A DNA stretch of 64,000 nucleotides, taken from sequence record MN850590.1; one strand, given 5' to 3'. This DNA is from Escherichia phage moha. Shown in pieces: positions 27,489 to 36,172 of the stretch. The notes under the pieces were generated by a model, which worked only from the letters and a program-made list of their open reading frames with translations, did no database searches and had not been told where the DNA came from. Position 1 is the first letter of the stretch. The number at the start of each line of letters is the position of its first letter. The translations under genes were made by a program, and so were the position numbers.

Positions 27489-27536
27489 GTTTACTTCTCC
27501 AGTAGTTGTGTTATTATAGATCTATCAACTACTGGA
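27488..27536 (+). promoter_or_regulatory. Early-type promoter embedded in 12-bp inverted repeat that includes the downstream SD
   Basis: -35 GTTTAC 27488-27493, -10 TATTAT 27511-27516; arms CTCCAGTAGTTG (27496-27507) and CAACTACTGGAG (27525-27536). Confidence 0.55.
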
Positions 27537-27543
27537 GAACAAA

Positions 27544-27861
27544 ATGAAAACCATCGATTGTAAAGCAGAATTTAAGATTTTTTATCAAGGTTCAAGTAGT
27601 TCAGCTAACATCGAAAACATGCTTTGTCCTCCTGAAGAAACAGGAGTTCTGTCTGAAACTGGACGTAAGAAAAACTTGGATCGTGTATTCTTTACTGAAG
27701 ATATCGGTTTAGCAAAGATTTATGCAGGACGAGCAGCACGCTCTTATGGAGGTGAACCACGTCTCTATCGAGTAATTTCTCCGGTAGATGTAGTTCAAAT
27801 GAATGATACTAAAGGCGCTACAGTTTATCACGCTGAATGGGCCTTTTGCGAGGAAATATGA
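27544..27861 (+). CDS. Hypothetical protein
   Basis: 105-aa ORF with GGAG RBS. Confidence 0.5.
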   Translation: MKTIDCKAEFKIFYQGSSSSANIENMLCPPEETGVLSETGRKKNLDRVFFTEDIGLAKIYAGRAARSYGGEPRLYRVISPVDVVQMNDTKGATVYHAEWAFCEEI

Positions 27862-28049
27862 GCAAATTAACTAAAGTTACTTTTATCGGTTGGTTTAAAA
27901 GCGGTGAGATGTTCACTAAAGATATGATGTTATCAGGTGATCGCGAAGAAATCGAGTGGGTTACGGTACAACTTGCTGAAGTAAACAAAACATTAGTTAA
28001 AGCATTTATTAATGACGAGAAAGTTTTTGAAGCTGATTTCAGAGGATAA
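27858..28049 (+). CDS. Hypothetical protein
   Basis: ATG 27858 after GAGG, overlapping upstream stop. Confidence 0.4.
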   Translation: MSKLTKVTFIGWFKSGEMFTKDMMLSGDREEIEWVTVQLAEVNKTLVKAFINDEKVFEADFRG

Positions 28050-28050
28050 T

Positions 28051-28263
28051 ATGTATTCAACTGTGTTTAAACCATCAACATATGAATTTGCATCAACTAC
28101 ACAATGGAAAGCTCTTATTCTGGAAGGATGGGAACTAATGATGGACTGTGAAGCATCTGAAAAGTTTCCACACGGCAAAGTGGACTTCGTTAAATTTGCT
28201 GTACGTCCGACTAAACGACAGATTCGTCAAGAAAAACGCAAATTTCGAAAAAGTTTAAAATAG
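28051..28263 (+). CDS. Hypothetical protein
   Basis: ATG 28051 after AGAGGA. Confidence 0.4.
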   Translation: MYSTVFKPSTYEFASTTQWKALILEGWELMMDCEASEKFPHGKVDFVKFAVRPTKRQIRQEKRKFRKSLK

Positions 28264-28265
28264 CC

Positions 28266-28295
28266 GTTTACAAGCACCACATACTGTGTTACTAT
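28266..28295 (+). promoter_or_regulatory. Early-type promoter
   Basis: -35 GTTTAC, -10 TACTAT. Confidence 0.45.
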
Positions 28296-28323
28296 CTTTC
28301 TATCAACTACAGAGGAAATTGAA

Positions 28324-28692
28324 ATGAAAAAATTAATCGCTTTAGCAATGGTATTTGGATTAACCGGATGTGGTGCCCATGGCTTTATCCCTAATAATGT
28401 CGGCCAATTGATTTACAATCCTAATGTTAAACAATATGAACAACCTAAAGTTGAAGTGGAAGACCCGGTTACTGTAGGTAATCGAATGATTCAAGCTGAT
28501 GCCCATGCTCAACGTTATCGTGACTCTGATACTGTAGCATTGTCAAAAGAACAACGCGTTAAAGAACATTGCTTACAGGCTACTGAAATCGCATTCATTC
28601 GCTATGTTGAAACAACTGGCAAAGAGCCTACCCAGAAACAAATCGCGAATAACTACGTCCAGTGTATTGAACGTTTAAACAAATTTAATTAA
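28324..28692 (+). CDS. Predicted lipoprotein
   Basis: Signal peptide with lipobox LTGC. Confidence 0.55.
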   Translation: MKKLIALAMVFGLTGCGAHGFIPNNVGQLIYNPNVKQYEQPKVEVEDPVTVGNRMIQADAHAQRYRDSDTVALSKEQRVKEHCLQATEIAFIRYVETTGKEPTQKQIANNYVQCIERLNKFN

Positions 28693-28695
28693 TTG

Positions 28696-28725
28696 GTTTA
28701 CACCAAAGTTAAAACAAGATACTAT
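28696..28725 (+). promoter_or_regulatory. Early-type promoter
   Basis: -35 GTTTAC, -10 TACTAT. Confidence 0.45.
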
Positions 28726-28753
28726 AAACATAACAAATCAAGAGGAAATTAAC

Positions 28754-29002
28754 ATGGAATTATTCGTAGCTAGTTCAGTAGCAGTTTTAATCGCAGGTAT
28801 TGGTTCAATCATCATTTACATGTTGCCTTGGGTAATCGCACTTATTCGTGGCACAAAAAGCACAACAGCAATCTTCTTTGTATCTTTACTCTTTAACTGG
28901 ACGATGATTGGTTGGATTGGAACTTTAATTTGGTCTATCGTTGCCGAAAAGAAATCTGCTCAGCAGCCTCAACAAGTAATTATTATTCGCGAAAAAGAAT
29001 AA
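28754..29002 (+). CDS. Small two-helix membrane protein (superinfection-immunity Imm-like candidate)
   Basis: 82 aa, two hydrophobic helices (LPWVIALIRG...NWTMIGWIGTLIW). Confidence 0.4.
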   Translation: MELFVASSVAVLIAGIGSIIIYMLPWVIALIRGTKSTTAIFFVSLLFNWTMIGWIGTLIWSIVAEKKSAQQPQQVIIIREKE

Positions 29003-29006
29003 ACTT

Positions 29007-29041
29007 GTTTACATTATAGATGGACTATAGTATAGTAGTCC
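29007..29041 (+). promoter_or_regulatory. Early-type promoter with short IR
   Basis: -35 GTTTAC 29007-29012, -10 TATAGT; GGACTA/TAGTCC arms. Confidence 0.45.
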
Positions 29042-29065
29042 TATCAAATCAACTAAGGAGTTAAA

Positions 29066-29359
29066 ATGAAAAAGTTATCATTGGCAGCAATCTTACTTGC
29101 AGTATCATGTGCACCGGCTCCAGTTACGGCAGGTTATGATAAAGACCTCTGTGAGTGGTCAATGACTGCAAATCAAGAAGATGTTGAACAACAAATCTTC
29201 TCTGATATCATGAACATCACTAAACGAGACCGTCCTAATATGGTTAATAAAGTTGTTGAACAACTTAAGTCTGGCGGTGTCATGCAGTACAACTATGTTT
29301 TGTATTGTGACCCTAATTTCGATAACAAAGATATCGTAACCGAAATCACAGGTGAATAA
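29066..29359 (+). CDS. sp: Periplasmic Spackle-like protein
   Basis: 97 aa with signal peptide; GYDKDLCEWSMTA and GGVMQYNYVLYCD blocks match T4 Spackle as recalled; located between 41 and 61. Confidence 0.6.
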   Translation: MKKLSLAAILLAVSCAPAPVTAGYDKDLCEWSMTANQEDVEQQIFSDIMNITKRDRPNMVNKVVEQLKSGGVMQYNYVLYCDPNFDNKDIVTEITGE

Positions 29360-29360
29360 T

Positions 29361-30011
29361 ATGATTTATTATATGCACAAAAATGCGCCATTTAAATATG
29401 GTAAATTTCCTAATGCACAATGTTATAATATAACGCCGAATGAAAATAATAACGGATACCATCTCGGTGTAATTTTTGTAATTGTTAAAGATAACGAAAT
29501 CGTTGCCTGGGCAGATTTTAAAGGTACAACATATGATGTTAATCCTGTGCCTTTCACATATTACAATATAATGGATTTGGCATATGATTATAATTGGTTT
29601 AATCATGACACGTTGGCTCATATTGAAGGTGTAGGATTTGACATCTCTTATTCTAGCTATTCATTATGTCCTATGAGCCGAGCTCACGGTAAAGATGTAT
29701 CATATCTTTCAATTCGGAAACGTGTAAACTTCAAACGTAGTACAGAGTATGTTGGTGGACTCTTTGTTAAAGATAATAAAATAACCCGTATTAGTTATCC
29801 TCTAAGTGTAGGCCAAAAAGATGTTGATGTTGATTTGGACTTAACTGAAAATAACATTAATCGTATTGCTTCTGTATATTTTGATATCGATGAAAAAATT
29901 GTAGTGTGTGGATATGAATTACCACCTGAAGAAAAGGCTGAAGCAATTGAAGTCGAATTAGAAATTTCTGTTGATGACCAAATATTTAATGCATTTATGA
30001 ATCGAGGTTAA
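29361..30011 (+). CDS. Hypothetical protein
   Basis: ATG 29361 after upstream stop. Confidence 0.5.
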   Translation: MIYYMHKNAPFKYGKFPNAQCYNITPNENNNGYHLGVIFVIVKDNEIVAWADFKGTTYDVNPVPFTYYNIMDLAYDYNWFNHDTLAHIEGVGFDISYSSYSLCPMSRAHGKDVSYLSIRKRVNFKRSTEYVGGLFVKDNKITRISYPLSVGQKDVDVDLDLTENNINRIASVYFDIDEKIVVCGYELPPEEKAEAIEVELEISVDDQIFNAFMNRG

Positions 30012-30012
30012 A

Positions 30013-30210
30013 ATGACTACTGCAATTTGCACTGGTTCTAAAATTAGTGTTTTTACAAGTTTTGAAGATTATGAAGTTGTTTCAAAACACCAATGCCATA
30101 TTAGCGTAAAAGCTAATGACGGTGTAATTTGGAATATTCCACAGTATGAAGGCACTACATATGAAGTCACAGATATAAATGGTGACAAAGCAATCTTTGT
30201 AATTGATTAA
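30013..30210 (+). CDS. Hypothetical protein
   Basis: 65-aa ORF. Confidence 0.45.
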   Translation: MTTAICTGSKISVFTSFEDYEVVSKHQCHISVKANDGVIWNIPQYEGTTYEVTDINGDKAIFVID

Positions 30211-30229
30211 ATATACTCAGGAGGTACCT

Positions 30230-30697
30230 ATGGGTATTATTAACACTGCGATAGATTCTGTTTACGCATATAAGTTTATTCGACTAATGCAAAAACCTTT
30301 TACCGAATGGAAAGCATACGAAGCCAAAATCATCGATGAACGTGGAAGTGTTCTTAAACGTCCTTCCACTCCTGAAGAGAAAGCGGCTTATACACCTTTT
30401 CATGCTTCAGTTCGTTCAATGAAGCGAATGATGAACACTGTTCCAGGTCTTAATGGAATGGCATCAATGATGTCTGCTTGGAGTGCTGTAGCTTCACGCT
30501 ATAACATTACGGAAGAACAACAGAAAGAAATATTTAAAGAGCTCCCTTTATTTGAGGATATGGTTGCTGGTGATTCAGGCGACAGTCCTCAAGCTATTGC
30601 ATCAGGAACAACTACAGGTGCAGTCGTAAATAAAGGTCCAGAACAAATTCCTTCCAAGAAAAGAAAGCGAATTAAAGTAAATATTAATAAGTTGTGA
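30230..30697 (+). CDS. Hypothetical protein
   Basis: ATG 30230 after AGGAGG. Confidence 0.5.
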   Translation: MGIINTAIDSVYAYKFIRLMQKPFTEWKAYEAKIIDERGSVLKRPSTPEEKAAYTPFHASVRSMKRMMNTVPGLNGMASMMSAWSAVASRYNITEEQQKEIFKELPLFEDMVAGDSGDSPQAIASGTTTGAVVNKGPEQIPSKKRKRIKVNINKL

Positions 30698-30736
30698 TAT
30701 GATGGCCTTATTAATTTAAGGCCTCTGGAGAATACT

Positions 30737-31759
30737 ATGGCTGAATGGATAGATAATGAATTTGCTTATCGTGCGTTTTCTCACCTACCTCGTTTTAGAC
30801 AAATTAATAATTCAAGCACATTTAAATTAACATTTCGTTGTCCAGTTTGTGGCGACTCTCAGACAGATGCAATGAAAGCTCGCGGATGGTATTACGGTGG
30901 TACTCCTGGTAATGTACATTGCTATAACTGTCAATACCACAATACAATTTCCGGATACTTAAAAGAGTATGATGAAGAGCTTTATCGCGAATATCTAATG
31001 GAAGTTCGTAAAGAAAAAGCTAGAATGGAACCAAAGATTGAAAAGGTTCCTGAACATAAACCAGAACCGGAGAAAAAGACTATAAATTCTTTGCCGTCTT
31101 GTTCTCGTCTGGACAAGTTGCCTGAAGAGCATCCTATTGTGAAATATGTTAAGTCTCGGTGTATTCCTAAAGAATCATGGAACAGATTATGGTTCACATT
31201 AGAATGGCCCAAATTGGTCAACAAGATTCAACCTGGTACGTATAAGAAAGAGATTCCCGAACCACGTTTAGTTATTCCTATTTTTAATAAAGATGGGAAG
31301 GCCGAGTCATTCCAAGGACGTGCACTTCGTAAAGATGCTCCTCAGAAATATATCACTATTAAAGCGTTTGAGTCTGCAACAAAAATTTATGGTGTTGAAC
31401 GTGTTAAGGAAGGGGACGTCTGGGTAATGGAAGGCCCTATTGATAGTTTATTCATACCCAATGCAATCGCTATTACAGGCGGCTCAATAGATTTAGATGT
31501 GGTACCATTTAAAGAACGTCGGGTATGGGTAATGGATAATGAACCTAGGCATCCAGATACTATAGCTCGCATGAAGCGATTAGTTGATGCAGGCGAACGT
31601 GTCATGTTCTGGGACCGAGCTCCATGGAGATCAAAGGATGTGAATGATATGGTAATGAAAGAAAATGCAACACCACAAGAAATTTTAGAATATATGAAAC
31701 AGAATATTTCAAGTGGGTTGCATGCTAAAATGAGATTATCTCGTTATTCGAAGATTTAA
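30737..31759 (+). CDS. 61: DNA primase gp61
   Basis: N-terminal zinc ribbon CPVCGDS...CYNC; Toprim-like C-terminal part; 340 aa. Confidence 0.85.
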   Translation: MAEWIDNEFAYRAFSHLPRFRQINNSSTFKLTFRCPVCGDSQTDAMKARGWYYGGTPGNVHCYNCQYHNTISGYLKEYDEELYREYLMEVRKEKARMEPKIEKVPEHKPEPEKKTINSLPSCSRLDKLPEEHPIVKYVKSRCIPKESWNRLWFTLEWPKLVNKIQPGTYKKEIPEPRLVIPIFNKDGKAESFQGRALRKDAPQKYITIKAFESATKIYGVERVKEGDVWVMEGPIDSLFIPNAIAITGGSIDLDVVPFKERRVWVMDNEPRHPDTIARMKRLVDAGERVMFWDRAPWRSKDVNDMVMKENATPQEILEYMKQNISSGLHAKMRLSRYSKI

Positions 31760-31953
31760 ACAAGTCCTATAATAGCAAAGGCCAAATCAACTACAGTATC
31801 CAATGGAACAGAAGGAACTATAATACCATGGGCAACTAACAATGGTGCAATCCCGAAGTTCCATGAAATAATGCCACCTACAACTATTGCAGCGATAGCA
31901 GTTTTCTTTTTATTGCCTTTAATAGCGTTGATTAACGATGGAAGTTTAAACAT
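31756..31953 (-). CDS. Hypothetical small membrane protein (antisense orientation to surrounding early genes)
   Basis: 65 aa, two hydrophobic segments; GGAG RBS 7 nt upstream on - strand. Confidence 0.4.
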   Translation of the reverse strand: MFKLPSLINAIKGNKKKTAIAAIVVGGIISWNFGIAPLLVAHGIIVPSVPLDTVVDLAFAIIGLV

Positions 31954-32041
31954 AATATCTCCTTAGTTACCTATTATTTATTACGCTTTATAAAATTAAT
32001 GTTAGAATTAACTCTCTTATACTGAATTGAAAGGAAAAATA

Positions 32042-32563
32042 ATGGCACACTTTAACGAATGTTCACAACTTATTTCTGGTGTTGATAAAGCAGAAGAAGC
32101 TTATTTTAATGCTCTGATTCACGAAGATAAAGACCCACTGCAGGTAATGCTTGATATGCAGAAATCTTTACAGGTTCGTCTGGCAAATGACAAGCCTGAA
32201 CATAACAAACATCCTGATGAATTGGTCACTGCTGGCGATGTTGTTGATTGGCTGCGTAATCAGAAAGATTATATTGATGATGAATTCCGTGAACTGCTGA
32301 CTTCACTTGGTGGTATGAGCAATGGTGAAAAAGCCGCTAGCTCTGTATGGAAGCCATGGAAAGCACAACATGCTGAATATCGAAATCGTCGTATCGATGA
32401 ACTGTCTCCTGAAGACCAGCTTGAAATTAAATTTGAAATGATTGATATTCTGCACTTCGTTCTGAACATGTTCCAAGGTCTGGGTCTTTCTGCTGAAGAA
32501 ATCTTTAAACTGTATTATCTGAAGAATGCTGAAAACTTTGCTCGTCAAGACCGAGGTTATTAA
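32042..32563 (+). CDS. 56: dCTP pyrophosphatase gp56 (MazG-like)
   Basis: All-alpha MazG-like sequence with acidic block EDQLEIKFEMIDILHF; position after gene 61. Confidence 0.7.
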   Translation: MAHFNECSQLISGVDKAEEAYFNALIHEDKDPLQVMLDMQKSLQVRLANDKPEHNKHPDELVTAGDVVDWLRNQKDYIDDEFRELLTSLGGMSNGEKAASSVWKPWKAQHAEYRNRRIDELSPEDQLEIKFEMIDILHFVLNMFQGLGLSAEEIFKLYYLKNAENFARQDRGY

Positions 32564-32736
32564 TGGCTCGTTTAAATAAACGTCAGCTTAAGAAAGCTCA
32601 TAAGAAACGTATTGACCAACTATTTAAAAATGATAACAGTGAGCTTATTTGTAAGCTCCTGTCTAATCAGCTTCAGCATGTTAGTCAATTATCAGACCAT
32701 CTACATATGGTTGATTGGGTTGCAAATGAAACTTGA
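32563..32736 (+). CDS. Hypothetical small basic protein (57 aa)
   Basis: taATG overlap with gp56 stop; below ORF-track cutoff. Confidence 0.3.
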   Translation: MARLNKRQLKKAHKKRIDQLFKNDNSELICKLLSNQLQHVSQLSDHLHMVDWVANET

Positions 32737-32950
32737 TTTTTATGCATGGCAAAAAGCCGGGAGACCGGCTAATAAAGCATTCGGCTCTGATGGATATAAT
32801 ACTAGACTCCACTGGAAATTTAATACTCCAGATGATTATTCTCCGGTAATAATTAACGGTGATGTTGTTATATTAGCTAAATTCGGATATTTTATTGTCC
32901 CGAAGAAATTCATTATAAATACACCTGTAATTAAACAACAAAGGAGTTAA
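32726..32950 (+). CDS. Hypothetical protein
   Basis: Internal ATG in ORF 32612-32950. Confidence 0.35.
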   Translation: MKLDFYAWQKAGRPANKAFGSDGYNTRLHWKFNTPDDYSPVIINGDVVILAKFGYFIVPKKFIINTPVIKQQRS

Positions 32951-32952
32951 TT

Positions 32953-33189
32953 ATGGGTGGTTATGTAAACATCAAAACCTTTACGCATCCTGCTGGTGAA
33001 GGTAAAGAAGTTAAAGGTATGGAAGTTTCTGTGCCGTTTGAGATTTATTCAAACGAACATCGGATTGCAGATTCTCATTATCAGACCTTTCCTTCTGAAA
33101 AGGCGGCATATTCTACTGTAGTTTCTGATGCAGCTGACTGGAAAACTAAGAATGCTGCAATGTTTACCCCTACACCAGTAAGTGGTTAA
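32953..33189 (+). CDS. Hypothetical protein
   Basis: 78-aa ORF with AGGAG RBS; terminator follows. Confidence 0.5.
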   Translation: MGGYVNIKTFTHPAGEGKEVKGMEVSVPFEIYSNEHRIADSHYQTFPSEKAAYSTVVSDAADWKTKNAAMFTPTPVSG

Positions 33190-33198
33190 ATAATTTAA

Positions 33199-33224
33199 GG
33201 AATCCTTCGGGATTCCTTTTTTTT
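33199..33224 (+). terminator. Intrinsic terminator
   Basis: GGAATCC-TTCG-GGATTCC followed by TTTTTTTT. Confidence 0.8.
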
Positions 33225-33233
33225 GTTTCTACA

Positions 33234-33263
33234 GTTTACAACCGCTAAAAACTGTGTTAAGAT
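33234..33263 (+). promoter_or_regulatory. Early-type promoter
   Basis: -35 GTTTAC, -10 TAAGAT. Confidence 0.4.
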
Positions 33264-33291
33264 ATTCTTACTTACTCAAGAGGAGAACAAT

Positions 33292-33519
33292 ATGTTAAAT
33301 CGTTGGATTAAACCTAATAACACATTAGGTGCTTTGATTGCTCAAGAAGTTTCGTTGAAATACGGTCTTGGATATTACGATGATGTAGTCGTACACTCAT
33401 TCATGATGGATGGCGAAGACGTCAAATTTAATGCCGAAATCCGTTGGGATGATGGTGGTGTTCGTTTTGTTCGAGGAACAATTAATGCTTACGATACTGA
33501 AGAAGTTGTTTGCTGTTAA
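33292..33519 (+). CDS. Hypothetical protein
   Basis: ATG 33292 after AGAGGAG. Confidence 0.45.
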   Translation: MLNRWIKPNNTLGALIAQEVSLKYGLGYYDDVVVHSFMMDGEDVKFNAEIRWDDGGVRFVRGTINAYDTEEVVCC

Positions 33520-33532
33520 GCCAGGCGAAGGT

Positions 33533-33733
33533 ATGATGCCTATTCCTGATACACACGAAAAAAGTTGGGAATATATCGGTGACGGAATGATGGAAGAAGT
33601 TGTTCGTCCAAAAACAAAACAGGTTAATGCTTCAAGCTCTTCCGATTATAATCATTCATACGTATCGTCTTGGCCTGGTGATTCCGGGTCAAGTTATTCT
33701 GATTGTGGTTCAAGCTCAGGGAGCTGCGAATGA
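33533..33733 (+). CDS. Hypothetical Ser-rich protein
   Basis: Internal ATG in ORF 33410-33733. Confidence 0.35.
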   Translation: MMPIPDTHEKSWEYIGDGMMEEVVRPKTKQVNASSSSDYNHSYVSSWPGDSGSSYSDCGSSSGSCE

Positions 33734-33909
33734 ACAAGATAGTTAAATGGTTTAAAAGCTGGGACGATGGTGTCGGTCCAGAAGATTGGCTGGATGTTCT
33801 TGAAGAGAATATGGCTAAAGAATTCCAGAAACATGAAGAAAAGCTCGTCGAAGATGAAGGCGAACGTATTGTAAAACTTTATATGGGTGAACCATCGAGG
33901 AAATTATAA
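33730..33909 (+). CDS. Hypothetical protein
   Basis: ATGA overlap. Confidence 0.35.
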   Translation: MNKIVKWFKSWDDGVGPEDWLDVLEENMAKEFQKHEEKLVEDEGERIVKLYMGEPSRKL

Positions 33910-34373
33910 TGGATGCTATGTTATTTAAAATGTATTTGCTTGAAGCCAAGTCGTTTAAACATATACCAGTAGAAGATAAGACTCCACTAGAAATAGCTAT
34001 TCTCATTAACAAAAGTCTAAATAATCCGCAATATATCGTAGAAGAATTCTGCAAATTGCAGATTCCTAAAGGTTACAAAATTCGTGTAGAGCGAGTTGGA
34101 GCTATTACTCGTTCTAAAAATTCTCCGTTTAGTCTTGAAGAAGGCATAAAGGACTTAGGTTATGAATCTACGGAAAATGCCGTTTATGCGAATCCTGAAA
34201 AGCGTTTAGACTTGTTTGAAAAGCGAGACCACAAGTATTTTGCCAAAAAATACTTTATTACATCATTAGCAGATTTAATCCATTTGCAACGAGCTATTTG
34301 GAAATTTTTTAAGACAAAAGGTGTAGCACTAGAAACATTCTCTGAACCTGCTAGTTTTTATTTAGGTGAATAA
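33909..34373 (+). CDS. Hypothetical protein
   Basis: 154-aa ORF. Confidence 0.5.
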   Translation: MDAMLFKMYLLEAKSFKHIPVEDKTPLEIAILINKSLNNPQYIVEEFCKLQIPKGYKIRVERVGAITRSKNSPFSLEEGIKDLGYESTENAVYANPEKRLDLFEKRDHKYFAKKYFITSLADLIHLQRAIWKFFKTKGVALETFSEPASFYLGE

Positions 34374-34374
34374 T

Positions 34375-34554
34375 ATGGACCTTATGAGTATGTTTGACGA
34401 GCCTGAAGTTGAGGCTCCTAAAGTGCATCGTAGTGAACTTGTTGATGAACTAGATAGTATTATACAGCGTCATGGATTTAGTTTACCATTAGATGTCCTG
34501 AAAGACCTCGCCTCTTATTATGATGACCCTCCACCATGGAGTCCTTGGAAATGA
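34375..34554 (+). CDS. Hypothetical acidic protein
   Basis: ATG 34375. Confidence 0.4.
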   Translation: MDLMSMFDEPEVEAPKVHRSELVDELDSIIQRHGFSLPLDVLKDLASYYDDPPPWSPWK

Positions 34555-34715
34555 AAGAGAAATTGAAAGAGAAATTCTTACTAGAAATCAAGGAAAAAGA
34601 CTTTGAGACATGGTATCGAATGGTGAAAGGGTTGACATTGCTTTTTAAAGCATCCTTATTCATGTTAGAACAACCTGGTCCTGATGGTCCTTTAGTAGGA
34701 AAGCTTAAAAAGTAG
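34551..34715 (+). CDS. Hypothetical small protein (54 aa)
   Basis: ATGA overlap; below ORF-track cutoff. Confidence 0.25.
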   Translation: MKEKLKEKFLLEIKEKDFETWYRMVKGLTLLFKASLFMLEQPGPDGPLVGKLKK

Positions 34716-34743
34716 TTTACATTCCCTCCTCTCGTGTTATGAT
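34715..34743 (+). promoter_or_regulatory. Early-type promoter upstream of ModB-like gene
   Basis: -35 GTTTAC 34715-34720, 17-bp spacer, -10 TATGAT. Confidence 0.45.
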
Positions 34744-34770
34744 AGGCTTATCTTTAAATGGAGGTCTATC

Positions 34771-35352
34771 ATGACATGTCAATCTGAACTTCAAGAACGT
34801 GAATACCTAACAAATCTGATTGATAGCAAATTCACCCGCCAAGAACAAAACATTCTCTGGGCTTGCACCGATTCTAAGGAAGACCCGGATTTCCACTATG
34901 AATTAGACCATCTTGTTCGTAAGCATATGACTTCTACAGTACCAGTAGAACTCTACCGTGGTGTAACTCCAGAAGAAGTAGAACGTCTTTCACTTCTTTC
35001 TGTTGGATGCCATTGGTCTCCTGGACGAGTAACATCGTTCACAACTGATTTCAGTACAGCTCGTCAATTCTCTGGGAGATGGGAATATCAGACGTACACT
35101 ATTCTTAGTCTCAGGAATGCTCCATTCATTTTTGATTACTACCAAAACATGATTAACATTGTACTCGCCGGAAAGAACCCTAAGCATGTTATGGAAGAAA
35201 AGCGTGTTGACGTCTTAGATATGATTGAATCCGAACAAGAGTACATGGTCTCAGGTATCTCTAGATTTGAGATTGTGGAAATTGAAGACTTAGAATATGA
35301 CCCTTTATCTCGATTATACAAAATCATTCATTTGAAAATGTTGAATTTTTAG
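34771..35352 (+). CDS. ADP-ribosyltransferase-like protein (ModB-like, paralog 1)
   Basis: R-S-E pattern: LYRG, S/T-rich block FTTDFSTA, acidic EQEYMV; paralogous to next gene. Confidence 0.55.
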   Translation: MTCQSELQEREYLTNLIDSKFTRQEQNILWACTDSKEDPDFHYELDHLVRKHMTSTVPVELYRGVTPEEVERLSLLSVGCHWSPGRVTSFTTDFSTARQFSGRWEYQTYTILSLRNAPFIFDYYQNMINIVLAGKNPKHVMEEKRVDVLDMIESEQEYMVSGISRFEIVEIEDLEYDPLSRLYKIIHLKMLNF

Positions 35353-35410
35353 TGTACAAACTCTTCCAATGATGATACTATTACCTTTATCAACCACAGG
35401 AGAAACCTAA

Positions 35411-36019
35411 ATGTTTATGCCGTATAACGAGTGTGAAATTGAAGAAATGGTTCGTCGTGCTCAAAACCCCGAATATCAAGATGTATTGCAGTACGAAATT
35501 GATAGTCAATTCAGCGACATTGAACAAAGTGTACTGTGGCAGTGTATGGAAAACAAGCCAGACTGTATTCAACAGGAGTTAAGTTCAATCGTTCGTAGAA
35601 ATTGGACGTCTTCTGTTCCTGAGACAATGTATCGTGGAATCTCTAAGAAAACTATGGCCACACTTGATGATAAAGGCATTGGTAGTATTATTAAATTTGA
35701 CAGAGTAATGAGCTTCAGCCCAGTGTTCGGTGTAGCACGTAACTTTGCTTCGTATAATTTTTACGGAACATTTAATATGTTCTGCATCAAAGATGCACCA
35801 TTTGCTTTCAACTTCCGTGAACATATGCTTAACATGATTCTGGCTGCGCCATCTTGTGAGTTCAATGGAGCTTTCCCTGAAGCGACAAGACGGTCTAATG
35901 CTAGACTTATATCCGACGAATGTGAATTTATGCTCCCTATAGGGACTACACTGCGTGTAGATTCTATTATTCAGGATGGACGTTATACAATCTGGAATCT
36001 GTCTATTGTCAGTTACTGA
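35411..36019 (+). CDS. ADP-ribosyltransferase-like protein (ModA-like, paralog 2)
   Basis: MYRG, MSFSPVF, DECEFML pattern; paralogous to previous gene. Confidence 0.55.
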   Translation: MFMPYNECEIEEMVRRAQNPEYQDVLQYEIDSQFSDIEQSVLWQCMENKPDCIQQELSSIVRRNWTSSVPETMYRGISKKTMATLDDKGIGSIIKFDRVMSFSPVFGVARNFASYNFYGTFNMFCIKDAPFAFNFREHMLNMILAAPSCEFNGAFPEATRRSNARLISDECEFMLPIGTTLRVDSIIQDGRYTIWNLSIVSY

Positions 36020-36172
36020 CTGAATTGGAATAACCGAATGGAACTCAGAACCATTATAACACATAAAAAATTAAAGCATTTTACGAAAAAAGAGTGTACA
36101 CTACCTGAGGGCATGATATTATAAGCTTATCAGCTAAATGACCTTAACGTCCGTAAGACAGAGGAAAATATT

